Origin: Polyangiaceae bacterium
GTDB taxonomy: Bacteria > Myxococcota_A > Polyangia > Polyangiales > Polyangiaceae
Length of the DNA: 64,000 nucleotides
Reading direction: 5' to 3'
NCBI GenBank assembly: GCA_046351325.1
Contig: JAXLYR010000002.1
Location: forward strand, 816,334 to 880,333
Shown here: in pieces, positions 41,870-51,109 of the stretch
Position numbering within the stretch: the stretch's first letter is position 1
How the letters are laid out: every line of letters begins with the position of its first letter
Made by a program: the position numbers and the translations under genes
Notes under the pieces: generated by a model
What the model was told of the DNA's origin: nothing
The model's input: only the letters and a program-made list of their open reading frames with translations
Databases searched by the model: none

Positions 41870-43351
41870 GTGAGCGACGCGAAGGCTCGACCCAAGAGCC
41901 CGACTCGAGGCCGGAGACGCCTCGTGTTGTCGTTCTTCTTGGTCGCGCTCCTGCAGCTCGTGGTCGTCGGGCTCGGCGTGCTCGCGGTCGTCGAGCTCAC
42001 GCGACGCGGCGCCGAGCGCGCGCTCGTCGAGGAGGATCGCTTCGTCGTGAACGAGCTCGTGCCGCGCCTCGAGCGAGGTGAGGACATCAGCGCGATCGTC
42101 AAGCGTGGAGCGGGCGAGCTCGGCGCGGACATCGTCGTGCTCGACGCCTCGGGGACGGTGCTCGCGAGCACCACCGAGGCTGCGCGTCGTTGCGAACCGG
42201 GCGGCCCGGGAGGACGCAATCCTCCGTGGGTCGAGCCCTTCGGTCCGCGGCCTCCAGGCCCGCCGCCACACCCGCCCGACTTCGATCCCGGTCCTCACAA
42301 GGGCCCACCGCCGGGCGCGCCGAGAGAGCTCAAGCCCCCGACCGAGGCCCTCTGCCGCGTCGTGCCGCTCGCGCTCCCAGGGGGCCGCTACGGCAAGGTC
42401 GAGTTTCGCCGGGAGCGCGCTCCGAACCTCGTCGCCGTCGTCGCCGTCGGCGTGGCGGTGCTCGCGATCATGGCGCTCAGCGCGGCGTGGCTCGCGCGCT
42501 CGATCGTGAGGCCGCTGCGCAAGCTCTCGCGTGCGGCGGCCGAGCTCGGTCGCGGCAACCTCACCGCGCGCGCCGACCTCGGTCGCGCCGACGAGCTCGG
42601 TGAGGTCGGTCGCGCCTTCGACGAGATGGCCACGCAGCTCGCCGAGCTGCTCCGGGCCGAGAAGGAGCTCATCGCCAACGTCTCGCACGAGCTCCGCACG
42701 CCGCTCGCGCGCATCCGCGTCGCGCTGGACATCGCGAGCGAGGGAGACGCGGACGCTGTGCGCGAGTCGCTCGGCGACATCACCGAGGATCTCGCCGAGC
42801 TCGAGCGGCTCGTCTCCGACATCCTCACGGTGGCGAAGCTCGATCTCGCCGAGCCAGGCCGCGACCGAGCCATCCCTCCGCTTCGGCGCGAGGACATCGA
42901 TCTGGCGTCGCTCCTCGAGAAGGCAGGCTCGAGGCTCGCTTCCACGCGACCGAAGCGACGCGTGCTCACCGAGCTCGAGCCGGACCTGCCGGAGGTCGTC
43001 GGCGACGCCGTGCTGCTCCGCCGAGCCTTCGATAACCTCATCGATAACGCCGACAAGTACACCGAGGACGCCGAGGCCCCGATCCGCATCGTGGCTCGTC
43101 GCCGAGGCAAAGAGGTGGAGGTCGAGGTCGTGGATCAAGGCATCGGGATCGCCAGCGCGGATCTGTCCGGCGTGTTTCGTCCCTTCTATCGAGTCGATCG
43201 CAGCCGCACGCGCGCGACGGGTGGCCTCGGGCTCGGCCTCGCGCTGGTGAAGCGGATCATCGTGGCCCACGGCGGAACGATCAGCATCGAGAGCTCCCTC
43301 GGGGGAGGCACGTGCATGCGCGTCCGTTTGCCTGGTAAGGAGCCCTCGTGA
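41870..43351 (+). CDS. Sensor histidine kinase (TM, Pro-rich loop, TM, HAMP, HisKA, HATPase_c)
   Basis: TM helix 1 is LVLSFFLVALLQLVVVGLGVLAVV. A Pro-rich periplasmic segment follows, then TM helix 2. H-box ANVSHELRTPLARI. N, D/G and G boxes (DNLIDNADKYT, DQGIGI, GGLGLGLALV). Candidate GTG starts at 41822, 41846 and 41870. Confidence 0.8.
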   Translation: MSDAKARPKSPTRGRRRLVLSFFLVALLQLVVVGLGVLAVVELTRRGAERALVEEDRFVVNELVPRLERGEDISAIVKRGAGELGADIVVLDASGTVLASTTEAARRCEPGGPGGRNPPWVEPFGPRPPGPPPHPPDFDPGPHKGPPPGAPRELKPPTEALCRVVPLALPGGRYGKVEFRRERAPNLVAVVAVGVAVLAIMALSAAWLARSIVRPLRKLSRAAAELGRGNLTARADLGRADELGEVGRAFDEMATQLAELLRAEKELIANVSHELRTPLARIRVALDIASEGDADAVRESLGDITEDLAELERLVSDILTVAKLDLAEPGRDRAIPPLRREDIDLASLLEKAGSRLASTRPKRRVLTELEPDLPEVVGDAVLLRRAFDNLIDNADKYTEDAEAPIRIVARRRGKEVEVEVVDQGIGIASADLSGVFRPFYRVDRSRTRATGGLGLGLALVKRIIVAHGGTISIESSLGGGTCMRVRLPGKEPS

Positions 43352-44052
43352 ACACGGAGTCGAGCGCGATATCGGTCCTCTACATCGAAGATGACGAGAA
43401 GCTCGGCAGGCTGACCGCCAAGTATTTCGAGTCGCACGGGCTCTTCGTCACGCTCGCGACCGACGCCGTGACGGGCCTCGCCGCCGCGATGCGCGTTCGG
43501 CCCGACGTGATCCTCCTCGACGTGATGCTGCCGGTGATGGATGGCTTCGAGGTCTGCAGGCAGCTCCGCACGCGCCTCGCGACGCCGATCATCATGGTGA
43601 CCGCGCGCGGTGAGGAGGCCGATCGCGTGATGGGTCTCGAGGGCGGCGCTGACGATTATGTAAGTAAACCGTTCTCCTCGCGCGAGCTCCTCGCCCGCGT
43701 GCGCGCCCACGCACGCCGGGCGAAGGGTGTGGTCGGTCCGTCGAACGAGACGCTCGTCGTCGGCGACATCGTCGTCGACTCCGCGTCGCGCACCGTGACC
43801 CGCGCTGGCGTCCCCATCCCGCTCACGACCTACGAGTTCGATCTGCTCCGCGCGCTCGCGGAGCGCGCAGGCCGCGTGCTCACCCGCGAGCAGCTCGTCG
43901 ACCTCGTGAGGGGCAGCGCCGACGAGGCTTTTGACCGCTCGATCGACGTCCACGTCTCGCACCTGCGAAAGAAGCTCGGAGACGATCCGCGTAGCCCCCG
44001 GCTCCTGAAGACGGTCCGCGGCGTGGGCTACCTCTTCGGCGGCTCGGGCTGA
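43348..44052 (+). CDS. OmpR-family two-component response regulator (REC + winged helix)
   Basis: VLYIEDDEKL...LDVMLPVMDGFEV...SKPF, and a C-terminal trans_reg_C domain (VGYLF). The start overlaps the kinase stop (GTGA). Confidence 0.9.
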   Translation: MNTESSAISVLYIEDDEKLGRLTAKYFESHGLFVTLATDAVTGLAAAMRVRPDVILLDVMLPVMDGFEVCRQLRTRLATPIIMVTARGEEADRVMGLEGGADDYVSKPFSSRELLARVRAHARRAKGVVGPSNETLVVGDIVVDSASRTVTRAGVPIPLTTYEFDLLRALAERAGRVLTREQLVDLVRGSADEAFDRSIDVHVSHLRKKLGDDPRSPRLLKTVRGVGYLFGGSG

Positions 44053-44243
44053 CTGCCCACTACGTGCGCCGTTGTGGTGTGGTTCGCGCACATCGGCTGA
44101 TGGGAGCTTTGCCAGGTGGTGCGCTCGATCCTCGACCTCCCGTCGAGCGCCCGCTGGAGAGACGCTCGCGCGGATTTTTCTAGGTTTGCGGTTGGCTCGG
44201 CCCGTGCACAGGCGACGGCGGCTCTTTCTGCGAGGTCCGTCCC

Positions 44244-45359
44244 ATGGCCCTGAAGCGCTGGTCACGAGCACTCCCCATCACCGCCGCAGTCCTCCTCGTT
44301 GGAGCTGCCGGCTGCGCGCCCTCTTCGGATCCGACGATCGACGAGGACGCCGAAGAGACCGACGACGCCCTCCGCGTCTGCGCGGACGGGCCCACCGTCC
44401 AAGGCATCGACGTCTCCTATTGGCAGGGAAACATCGATTGGTCGAAGGTCGGCGCGAGCGGCGTCGACTTCGCGATCGTGCGCGTGAGCGACGGCGCTGT
44501 CTTCAAAGACCCCAAGTTCGACGCGAACTGGCAGGGAGCGAAGAGCGCGGGCCTCGTCCGCGGCGTCTATCAGTTCTTCCGCCCCGACCAGGACCCGACG
44601 GAGCAAGCTGACTTGATGCTCGAGGCGCTCGCGTCGGACCCGATCGTCGACGGCGATCTCGCGCCCGTGCTCGACATCGAGACCACAGGCGGCCTGTCGA
44701 AGGCGAAGATCCGAGCGCGAATGCAGGTCTGGCTCGATCGGGTCGAGGCCGCCACTGGACGCACGCCTATCGTCTATACCGCAGCCTTCATGCAGGACGT
44801 CGTGGGGACGGGCTTCTCGCACTATCCACTTTGGGTCGCCAACTACACGACGAGCTGCCCGCTCGTGCCCACAGGTTGGGAGGACTGGTCGATGTGGCAA
44901 TACTCCGAGAGCGGCAAAGTCGCCGGCATCAAGGGGAGCGTCGATCGCAATGTCTTCAACGGTACGCGCGACGATTTGCTCGCGTTTGCGACCGCGACGG
45001 GCATTCCTGTCGATCCCCCGAAGGACCCGAACGACCCGCCCTCGGACCCGCCCGCGAACCCCGATTCGCCTACAGGCTTGTCACCGGCGGACGGGGCCAG
45101 CATGCCCTCGGGCTCGGTGAAGCTCTCTTGTGACGGCTATCAGGGCGCGGACAGCTACGCGTTCGAGATTCAGCTCTATAGCGACAGCCAGAAGGCTTGG
45201 ACGCCGTATTACACATACACGACGTCGACGAGCCAGAAGACGTTCTGGCCGGCGGTGACGGGGGCCTATCGCTTCCGCGTCCGAGCGACGACGGCGGAGG
45301 GCACGACCCCGAGCTCGCCCTACAATGCTTTTTCGTACAATGGAGCGCCGCTGCCCTGA
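44244..45359 (+). CDS. Glycoside hydrolase family 25 lysozyme (lipoprotein) with a C-terminal beta-sandwich (FN3-like) domain
   Basis: Signal/lipobox LLVGAAGCAPS. GH25 signature GIDVSYWQGNIDWSKV...DFAIVRVSDG...LPLWVANY. Confidence 0.8.
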   Translation: MALKRWSRALPITAAVLLVGAAGCAPSSDPTIDEDAEETDDALRVCADGPTVQGIDVSYWQGNIDWSKVGASGVDFAIVRVSDGAVFKDPKFDANWQGAKSAGLVRGVYQFFRPDQDPTEQADLMLEALASDPIVDGDLAPVLDIETTGGLSKAKIRARMQVWLDRVEAATGRTPIVYTAAFMQDVVGTGFSHYPLWVANYTTSCPLVPTGWEDWSMWQYSESGKVAGIKGSVDRNVFNGTRDDLLAFATATGIPVDPPKDPNDPPSDPPANPDSPTGLSPADGASMPSGSVKLSCDGYQGADSYAFEIQLYSDSQKAWTPYYTYTTSTSQKTFWPAVTGAYRFRVRATTAEGTTPSSPYNAFSYNGAPLP

Positions 45360-45379
45360 GCCGCGGCGCTAGCAGCCAA

Positions 45380-46300
45380 TCAGGAGGAGACGGCGCTCGC
45401 GCTCGCCTTCTCCTTGCGGTCCGCGCCCTTGGCCCAGAACGACGGGCTGAGGAGCACCGAATAGTCGGGGTGCTCGACCTTCGCCCAGGCCTCCTCGGAG
45501 CGCTCGCCGCGTGAGCGGCAGCAAGCGCTGCAGAGGCATTTCTCGGGGTTGCCCTCGTCGGGGTAGGTGCTGCCGAACATCTGGTCCCAGAGCTTGAAGA
45601 AGAAGCCCGTGTGGATGGGCTTCAACAAGGTCGACTTGGCGTGATGCAGATAGTGCTGGAACGAGCCGTTGATCCAGCGATTGTGCGCGCTGAGGAACGA
45701 GAGCTCGTGGCCCCAGTGGAGGAACGCGCCATAGCCGTAGAAGAAGACGGCGAACGTCAGGAACAAGAGGTCCATGTTGATGGGCATGACGAGCGGGATC
45801 AGCAGGAGCGGCGCGGAGCGCACGAGCTGATCGATGAGATCGTCGGCGATGACTGCGAACGGGCTCGGATTGGCGAAGACATGGTGAGCCTTGTGCTCCT
45901 TCCACCCCCAGCGGGTCGTGTGCCCCAGTCGGTGATAGAAGAACTCGAAGAAGTCGCTCGTGATCCAAGCCACGAAGAACGTGAATACGAGATAGCCGAC
46001 GCCGTAGCCGCCGAGGCCGCCATAAGCCTTGGACCAGCCGCGATCGACCAAGTGGAGCGACAGCGCCGGGCAGAACGATGCTGTGACGATACCCTTCAGC
46101 ATCTGCAAGACCTCGCGCCGCACCAGCGACGGCGTGGGGTAGGTCGGGTTGAGCTTGTATTGCCAACGCGAATACGTCGGCTTCGCGTAGTAGAAGTAGA
46201 AGACGACCGCCGACATGGCCATGGCCATGACGAACGCCAGCACGGTCATCACCGCCCAGGTGAGGAAGAAGTTCCCGTTCTTCGCGAGCTCGTACAGCAT
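45380..46300 (-). CDS. Fatty-acid hydroxylase superfamily protein, C-5 sterol desaturase (ERG3/SC5D)-like
   Basis: Three His boxes (HRLGH, HKAHH with downstream NPSPFA, HYLHH) and a WDQMFGST motif. Four N-terminal TM helices. GC content is visibly lower (~60%) than flanking genes. Confidence 0.8.
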   Translation of the reverse strand: MLYELAKNGNFFLTWAVMTVLAFVMAMAMSAVVFYFYYAKPTYSRWQYKLNPTYPTPSLVRREVLQMLKGIVTASFCPALSLHLVDRGWSKAYGGLGGYGVGYLVFTFFVAWITSDFFEFFYHRLGHTTRWGWKEHKAHHVFANPSPFAVIADDLIDQLVRSAPLLLIPLVMPINMDLLFLTFAVFFYGYGAFLHWGHELSFLSAHNRWINGSFQHYLHHAKSTLLKPIHTGFFFKLWDQMFGSTYPDEGNPEKCLCSACCRSRGERSEEAWAKVEHPDYSVLLSPSFWAKGADRKEKASASAVSS

Positions 46301-46371
46301 GTTGAGGCCACTCTACACGGTGGCGTCGGGCCCTGTCACACGACGAGCAAACGCGCTCTGACGAGCAGCGC

Positions 46372-47700
46372 TCAAAGGCCCATCGGTACCGAAACGCGAG
46401 CTTCGTTCTGACGAACGACGCGACTCAGCGCCGTGAGCAATCGCTCGATATCCGCGCGCGTCGCAGCGTCCTCCGCGGGAGTTACATGACCGTAATAAAG
46501 GTCGTATCTGGCAGTGCTCTTCGGCGGCAGCGCGGGTCGCGTGCCGTGCTGCATGACCTCGAGTTCGAAGCTCACGCCCTCTCGTGCGAGCTTCACTTTG
46601 AAGCTGCGCTCGCGCACGGGCTCGATGCGCTCGATGGTGTAGCCCTCGAGGGTCCCGCCTTCGACGAGGGGTGCGACCAGCGCGAGGACGTCGGCGGGGG
46701 CCGGCTCGACGGGGGTCTCTGGGGCGGTCGACGCGACGCTCGGCGGGGTCCTGTGATGATGTAATTGGGTATAACGACGTATTGGTAATAGGACGGCCGC
46801 GGCGGCGAGCGCGAACCACACCGCGCCCGCGATCGCGAGCCGTCGGCGGGCGTCGCCAACGTCGGCGTCGTCGATTGGAGCGCGCTCGCTCGCGACGCGC
46901 AGGCGCGCGACGAGCCGTGGCCACGGATAGGAGAAGAGAGCGAGCAGCGCCATCGCCTGCGGAAACACGATGGGCGTCAGCGCCCAAACATTGAGGTGAA
47001 ATCCAATGAGGAGCGTGCCCCACACAGCGCGCGTGAGCGGGGTCCACGGATAGAAGAGGGCCGTCGCTTGGATGATCAACGTCGCCGCGGCGAGCGTGTA
47101 CGCGAGGTTCGGGTGTTCGACGACGGCCCTCGCGTAGAACGAGAGCGGCGAGCCCTCGCCGAGGCCGCGCTGGGTGAGCACGATGGCGCGGAGCGTGTTC
47201 GCGTCGGCCCACGAGATCCCCGACGCGAGCAGCTTGCTCGTGGCGGCGTTCGCGTACGTCGCCGCGAGCGCGCCGACGGCGCCGGCCTCGGCGAAGCGAT
47301 CGCGCTCGGCCACCGGAGCGCGACCAGCGATCGCGGTCCCGAGGAGCCACCCGAGCAGCACGGCCCCGCTCGTGAAGAAGACCCGCATCGGCCCGTCGAG
47401 GAGCGCGGCCTGCGCTTCGGCGAGCGCGGCGAGGAGCACGAGCGCGCCGACGCCTGCTGCGAAGCTGCGCTTTCGAGCGAAGACGAAGAGCGCGCCCAGC
47501 GTCGCGAGCGCGAGCGGCGCGACCCAGAGGGGCCGCCCACCGAGCGCGAGCAACGCGCGGGGCGCCATCGGATGCGAGACCGCGCTCGCCGGCGTCTCGG
47601 CGATCGAGATCGCGAGCCCGATCACGTCGACGCCGAGGACACACGCGAGGGCGACGCGCACGACGCTGCGGTTCGCTCCATCCCAAGGGCTGCGGATCAA
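46372..47700 (-). CDS. Polytopic integral membrane protein with C-terminal soluble domain (hypothetical)
   Basis: 442-aa ORF with about 8 hydrophobic helices. The C-terminal ~130 aa are hydrophilic. No confident family assignment. Confidence 0.6.
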   Translation of the reverse strand: MIRSPWDGANRSVVRVALACVLGVDVIGLAISIAETPASAVSHPMAPRALLALGGRPLWVAPLALATLGALFVFARKRSFAAGVGALVLLAALAEAQAALLDGPMRVFFTSGAVLLGWLLGTAIAGRAPVAERDRFAEAGAVGALAATYANAATSKLLASGISWADANTLRAIVLTQRGLGEGSPLSFYARAVVEHPNLAYTLAAATLIIQATALFYPWTPLTRAVWGTLLIGFHLNVWALTPIVFPQAMALLALFSYPWPRLVARLRVASERAPIDDADVGDARRRLAIAGAVWFALAAAAVLLPIRRYTQLHHHRTPPSVASTAPETPVEPAPADVLALVAPLVEGGTLEGYTIERIEPVRERSFKVKLAREGVSFELEVMQHGTRPALPPKSTARYDLYYGHVTPAEDAATRADIERLLTALSRVVRQNEARVSVPMGL

Positions 47701-47833
47701 CGGCGCACCGCCGAGCAGCGAGCGAGCTCGCAGTCACGGGTCGCGGGCGCGCCCGCGGCGCGGCTGAACCCATAGACGCGGCGGACCACGGTGATATCGA
47801 CCGACGCGGCGCTCGAGTTGGCGTCGGTCTGCT

Positions 47834-48163
47834 TCATCCCTTGGACGATCGCGCGGTCGACGTAGGGATCGTGTAGTAAGGCCCGAGGTCGCCGCAGACC
47901 ACGTGCTCGGTCGAGAGATCGACAGGCGGATCGCAGCGAAAGCTCGCGTAGCGATCGAGCTCGTGGACGGTGCCGTCGGCCTCGCGCGCGAGCAGGCGGC
48001 TCGCCGTGTCCATGTGCTCGCCCGCGTACATCGAGAACGTCGAGAGCGGGTAGAGGTTCTCGACGATCCGCGCGAGCCCGACATAACCAGCGAAGACGAA
48101 CAACGTCGTCGCGAGGACTGCGCGTGTCGTACGCGCTCGGGGAGGGACGGCCTCGTTCGACAT
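47834..48163 (-). CDS. Small membrane protein (hypothetical)
   Basis: 109 aa, one TM helix (AVLATTLFVFAGYVGLA), good GC3. Co-directional with the two upstream membrane-protein genes. Confidence 0.45.
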   Translation of the reverse strand: MSNEAVPPRARTTRAVLATTLFVFAGYVGLARIVENLYPLSTFSMYAGEHMDTASRLLAREADGTVHELDRYASFRCDPPVDLSTEHVVCGDLGPYYTIPTSTARSSKG

Positions 48164-48263
48164 GGGCCTCGGGGTCGAAGCCTAGTGCTTCCGGTCCTGA
48201 GTTCGTAGCGGGTCCGACCTGGCCCAGCGACAAGTCGAGAGGGGTGCGTCATCATCGACCCCC

Positions 48264-49676
48264 ATGACCGAAGCGCCTCTCGTCGAGCACGCCGAGTCCG
48301 ACGTCGACTGCCGCTTACGCGGCGTTCGGCTGCTCAAACCCAACCGAGTCGGCGCGGCCCTGTCGGTCGCGTTCTCGGCGCTTTGCCTGTCGGCCATCGT
48401 GTTCGCGCTCGCGAAGTACGGTGCGCCGCACGGTCGGCACAGCGACTTCGGCAGCTTCCTCCGGGTCATGACGTTCGGGACCTTCGGTGGTCTCTTCGGG
48501 GGTTGGTATTTCACGAAGCTGTCGCGCAAGCCCTCGGACGTCGTCGGCGAGCTCGTCGCGTCCCGCGAGGGGATCCGCGTCGGCGGCAAGCTCCTCGTGC
48601 GACGCGAGGAGATCCGTCGGGCCTTCGTTTGGCCGGGCGAAGGCTCAGCGTTCGTGCGCATCGAGCGCACGGGGCTTTTGGGTGGCAGCTTCGATCTGCA
48701 GATCGCGAGCATCGAGGACGGTCGCGCGCTCCTCAAGGCGTTGAAGCTCGACGCCTCGCAGGACGCCGCGAGCTTCTTCGTCACGGCCGTCTCACCCGAG
48801 CATTACCGCAAGCGCCGCATACGCGCGACGTTCGGAATGACCGGCGCGATCGTCACGGCCTTCGCCACTGGCGTCGCGTCCGCGAAGCTCCACCTGGGCG
48901 CGGCGCCGATGGTGATCGCCGTGATCCTCTGCGGCCTCATGTACCTGTCGCTCCTCGCGCAGATGATCCGCCCGGCGAAGGTCATCGTCGGCGCGGATGG
49001 TGTCTTGCTCACGTGGTTCTGGCAGAAGCGCTTCATCCCCATCCAAGACATCCGCAGCGCGGAGCTCATCACCAACGCTGATTTGAACCTGCGGAGCTCG
49101 GTCTCGCCGCTCGTCGTGCGCCTCCACATGGTGGACGGCTCGCGCGTCGACATCTTGGGCAGCGTGGGCTCGGTTCGAACCACGCTGCGGAGTGGCTTCA
49201 ACCGGTTCGGACAGATGCGCTGTGACATGCTCGTCGAGCGCATCAACGAGGCGGTCGCCGCGAAGGGGCAGGGGTCGTCCTCCGCGAGGGCCGCGTGGGA
49301 TCGCGACCTGCTGCGACGCGGCGCGCTCGCGACCGAGGCGTGGGTCGCGAAGCTGCGCGGTCTGAGCAAGGTCACCGAGAGCTTTCGTGAGCCGGCCCGC
49401 GCCCTCGACGAGCTCTGGGAGATCCTCGAGGATCGGCTCGCGCCACCTGCCCGACGAGGCGCTGCGGCCGTCGCGCTCGCGACGGAGCTCGACGAAGACG
49501 GTCGCAAGCGCATCCGCGCCGCGGCGAAGGCTACCGTCGCTCCACAGCTGCGCATGGTCCTCGACGCCGTGGCGTCGAACGACGAGCCGAAGATGGTCGC
49601 GGCGCTCGACGAGCTCGCTGAAGAAGAGGCCTCCGAGGTCGAGCGCGCGGGCGTCGAGTCGCAGGCCTCACGCTAA
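48264..49676 (+). CDS. Membrane protein, paralog of the protein at 58807..59664 (hypothetical)
   Basis: Two or three TM helices near the N-terminus and in the middle. Its C-terminal segments align with the 58807..59664 product: WVAKLRGL.../WVTRLRVI... and RIRAAAKATVAPQLRMVLD/RLRVAASETVSPALRVVLE. Confidence 0.6.
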   Translation: MTEAPLVEHAESDVDCRLRGVRLLKPNRVGAALSVAFSALCLSAIVFALAKYGAPHGRHSDFGSFLRVMTFGTFGGLFGGWYFTKLSRKPSDVVGELVASREGIRVGGKLLVRREEIRRAFVWPGEGSAFVRIERTGLLGGSFDLQIASIEDGRALLKALKLDASQDAASFFVTAVSPEHYRKRRIRATFGMTGAIVTAFATGVASAKLHLGAAPMVIAVILCGLMYLSLLAQMIRPAKVIVGADGVLLTWFWQKRFIPIQDIRSAELITNADLNLRSSVSPLVVRLHMVDGSRVDILGSVGSVRTTLRSGFNRFGQMRCDMLVERINEAVAAKGQGSSSARAAWDRDLLRRGALATEAWVAKLRGLSKVTESFREPARALDELWEILEDRLAPPARRGAAAVALATELDEDGRKRIRAAAKATVAPQLRMVLDAVASNDEPKMVAALDELAEEEASEVERAGVESQASR

Positions 49677-50135
49677 CCGATCGGCCTCGAACGCCACGAC
49701 GGCGAGCGGGCTCACGCGACCGCCGCGCGCGACGTACTCGAAGAGCTCTCTCACGTCGGGCCCACGCAGCGGATAGCGATCGAGCTCCGCGAGCGTGGTC
49801 CAGACCGCGCCGAGCGACTCGCTGTTCGGCTCCGAGCGCGGCGGTCGATCATCCACCGGCTGCGCGGTGAAGATCACCCGGACGCGCATCGTGCCGCCCG
49901 CGCCCGGCGTGTGCTCCACGCGGATGACGCCGTCGAGCTTCACGACGAGGCCCGTCTCCTCCTCGGTCTCGCGGAGCGCCGCCTGGTAGAAGTTCTCCCC
50001 GGGCTCGACGCGTCCCGCTGGCAAATACCAGAGCTGACCGTGCTTGAGCTCGTGCACGAGCGCGAAGCGATCCCCCTTCCTGACGACCACGACGACGAAG
50101 AACCAGGTGGGGACGGGCGAGCGAGCGCTGGACAT
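49668..50135 (-). CDS. NUDIX hydrolase
   Basis: Nudix box GRVEPGENFYQAALRETEEETG. Start placed at ATG 50135 (MSSARSP). Confidence 0.75.
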   Translation of the reverse strand: MSSARSPVPTWFFVVVVVRKGDRFALVHELKHGQLWYLPAGRVEPGENFYQAALRETEEETGLVVKLDGVIRVEHTPGAGGTMRVRVIFTAQPVDDRPPRSEPNSESLGAVWTTLAELDRYPLRGPDVRELFEYVARGGRVSPLAVVAFEADRLA

Positions 50136-50143
50136 GGTCGACC

Positions 50144-51109
50144 TCAGCCGTGGCCGCGCGAGACGACCCACAAAAGGACCCCGAGCAACGTCATCGCGAG
50201 CGCGATCGCCGACGCGATCTTCGCGATCGACAGCGGCGCGTCGCCGAGGACGAGCTCGGCGTCCTGACCGTGCACCACGGCGCGATAGCGTTTGCCGTCG
50301 TAGGCGTAGGTCATGATGTACGCGGGCAGCCCGCGCCGCCGCGACGAGAGCCGTCGCACGAGCACGCTGACCCGACAGTTCCGGATGCGCGAGCCCGGTA
50401 CGCAGCTCTTCGCGACGTGCTTCTCGGCGCGCGACTCGACGGCGCGCGCGATGATCTCGCGCGCCGCGGAGCGCTGGGCGAGGAAGGGCTCGATCGCAGC
50501 GTCTTCAGCAGGGTCGCACGCGACGACGTCCTCCCAGTCGAACCCTCGCGAGAGCTTCTCGACCTCGGCGTCGGAGAGACCGCGCGACGCGTTGACGACC
50601 ACGTTTTCGAAGCGCATCGGGAGCTCGCCAGCGTGCGGCGCCCACGCGCTCCGCTTGTGATCCGCGTCGCTGTCGGCGGCCCACGTCACGTGCGCATCGG
50701 CGTCGAAGAGCCACGCGGCGAAATGCACCGCGTGCACGCGATCGACCGTCGCGCGGCGCGACACATCACGCGGTCGAAAGAACCCGAGGCGGCTCTGCCA
50801 GCGACGGAGCGCGCGCACCGCAGACTCGGGATCGACCAGGAACGGCAGCACAGCATCGGCTTGGTCGACCGGATCGAAGACGTCCTCGAGCTTCGTCACG
50901 GCGCCGCAGAAGCGACACGCCGTCCCCTGTTTCTCGGCCGAGAACACCACCGCGGCGCCGCACTCGGTGCAGCGGAGGAGGCGCGCCCGAGGCTCGCGCG
51001 CATCGTCGGTGGGCTCGACGCGCGCGGGCCGAGGCGCCGGCAGACGCGCAGACGGCGCATCGAAGATCGGCGGCCTCGAGCGGGATTCGCAGCGGGCGCA
51101 CGCGCTCAC
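50144..51109 (-). CDS. Zinc-ribbon protein with C-terminal TM helix (hypothetical), intact paralog
   Basis: GTG start 51109. Motifs LRCTECGAAVVFSAEKQGTACRFCGA (Cx2C...Cx2C), LPFLVDPESAVRALRRW, VVVNASRGL. C-terminal helix IAKIASAIALAMTLLGVLLWVV. Confidence 0.6.
   Translation of the reverse strand: MSACARCESRSRPPIFDAPSARLPAPRPARVEPTDDAREPRARLLRCTECGAAVVFSAEKQGTACRFCGAVTKLEDVFDPVDQADAVLPFLVDPESAVRALRRWQSRLGFFRPRDVSRRATVDRVHAVHFAAWLFDADAHVTWAADSDADHKRSAWAPHAGELPMRFENVVVNASRGLSDAEVEKLSRGFDWEDVVACDPAEDAAIEPFLAQRSAAREIIARAVESRAEKHVAKSCVPGSRIRNCRVSVLVRRLSSRRRGLPAYIMTYAYDGKRYRAVVHGQDAELVLGDAPLSIAKIASAIALAMTLLGVLLWVVSRGHG

Noticed and set aside
41768-43270. N-terminal ~500 codons of minus ORF 41012..43270
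   Set aside because: They are antisense to the sensor histidine kinase (which has H, N and G boxes). Only the last 251 codons, from ATG 41767, encode the J-domain protein.
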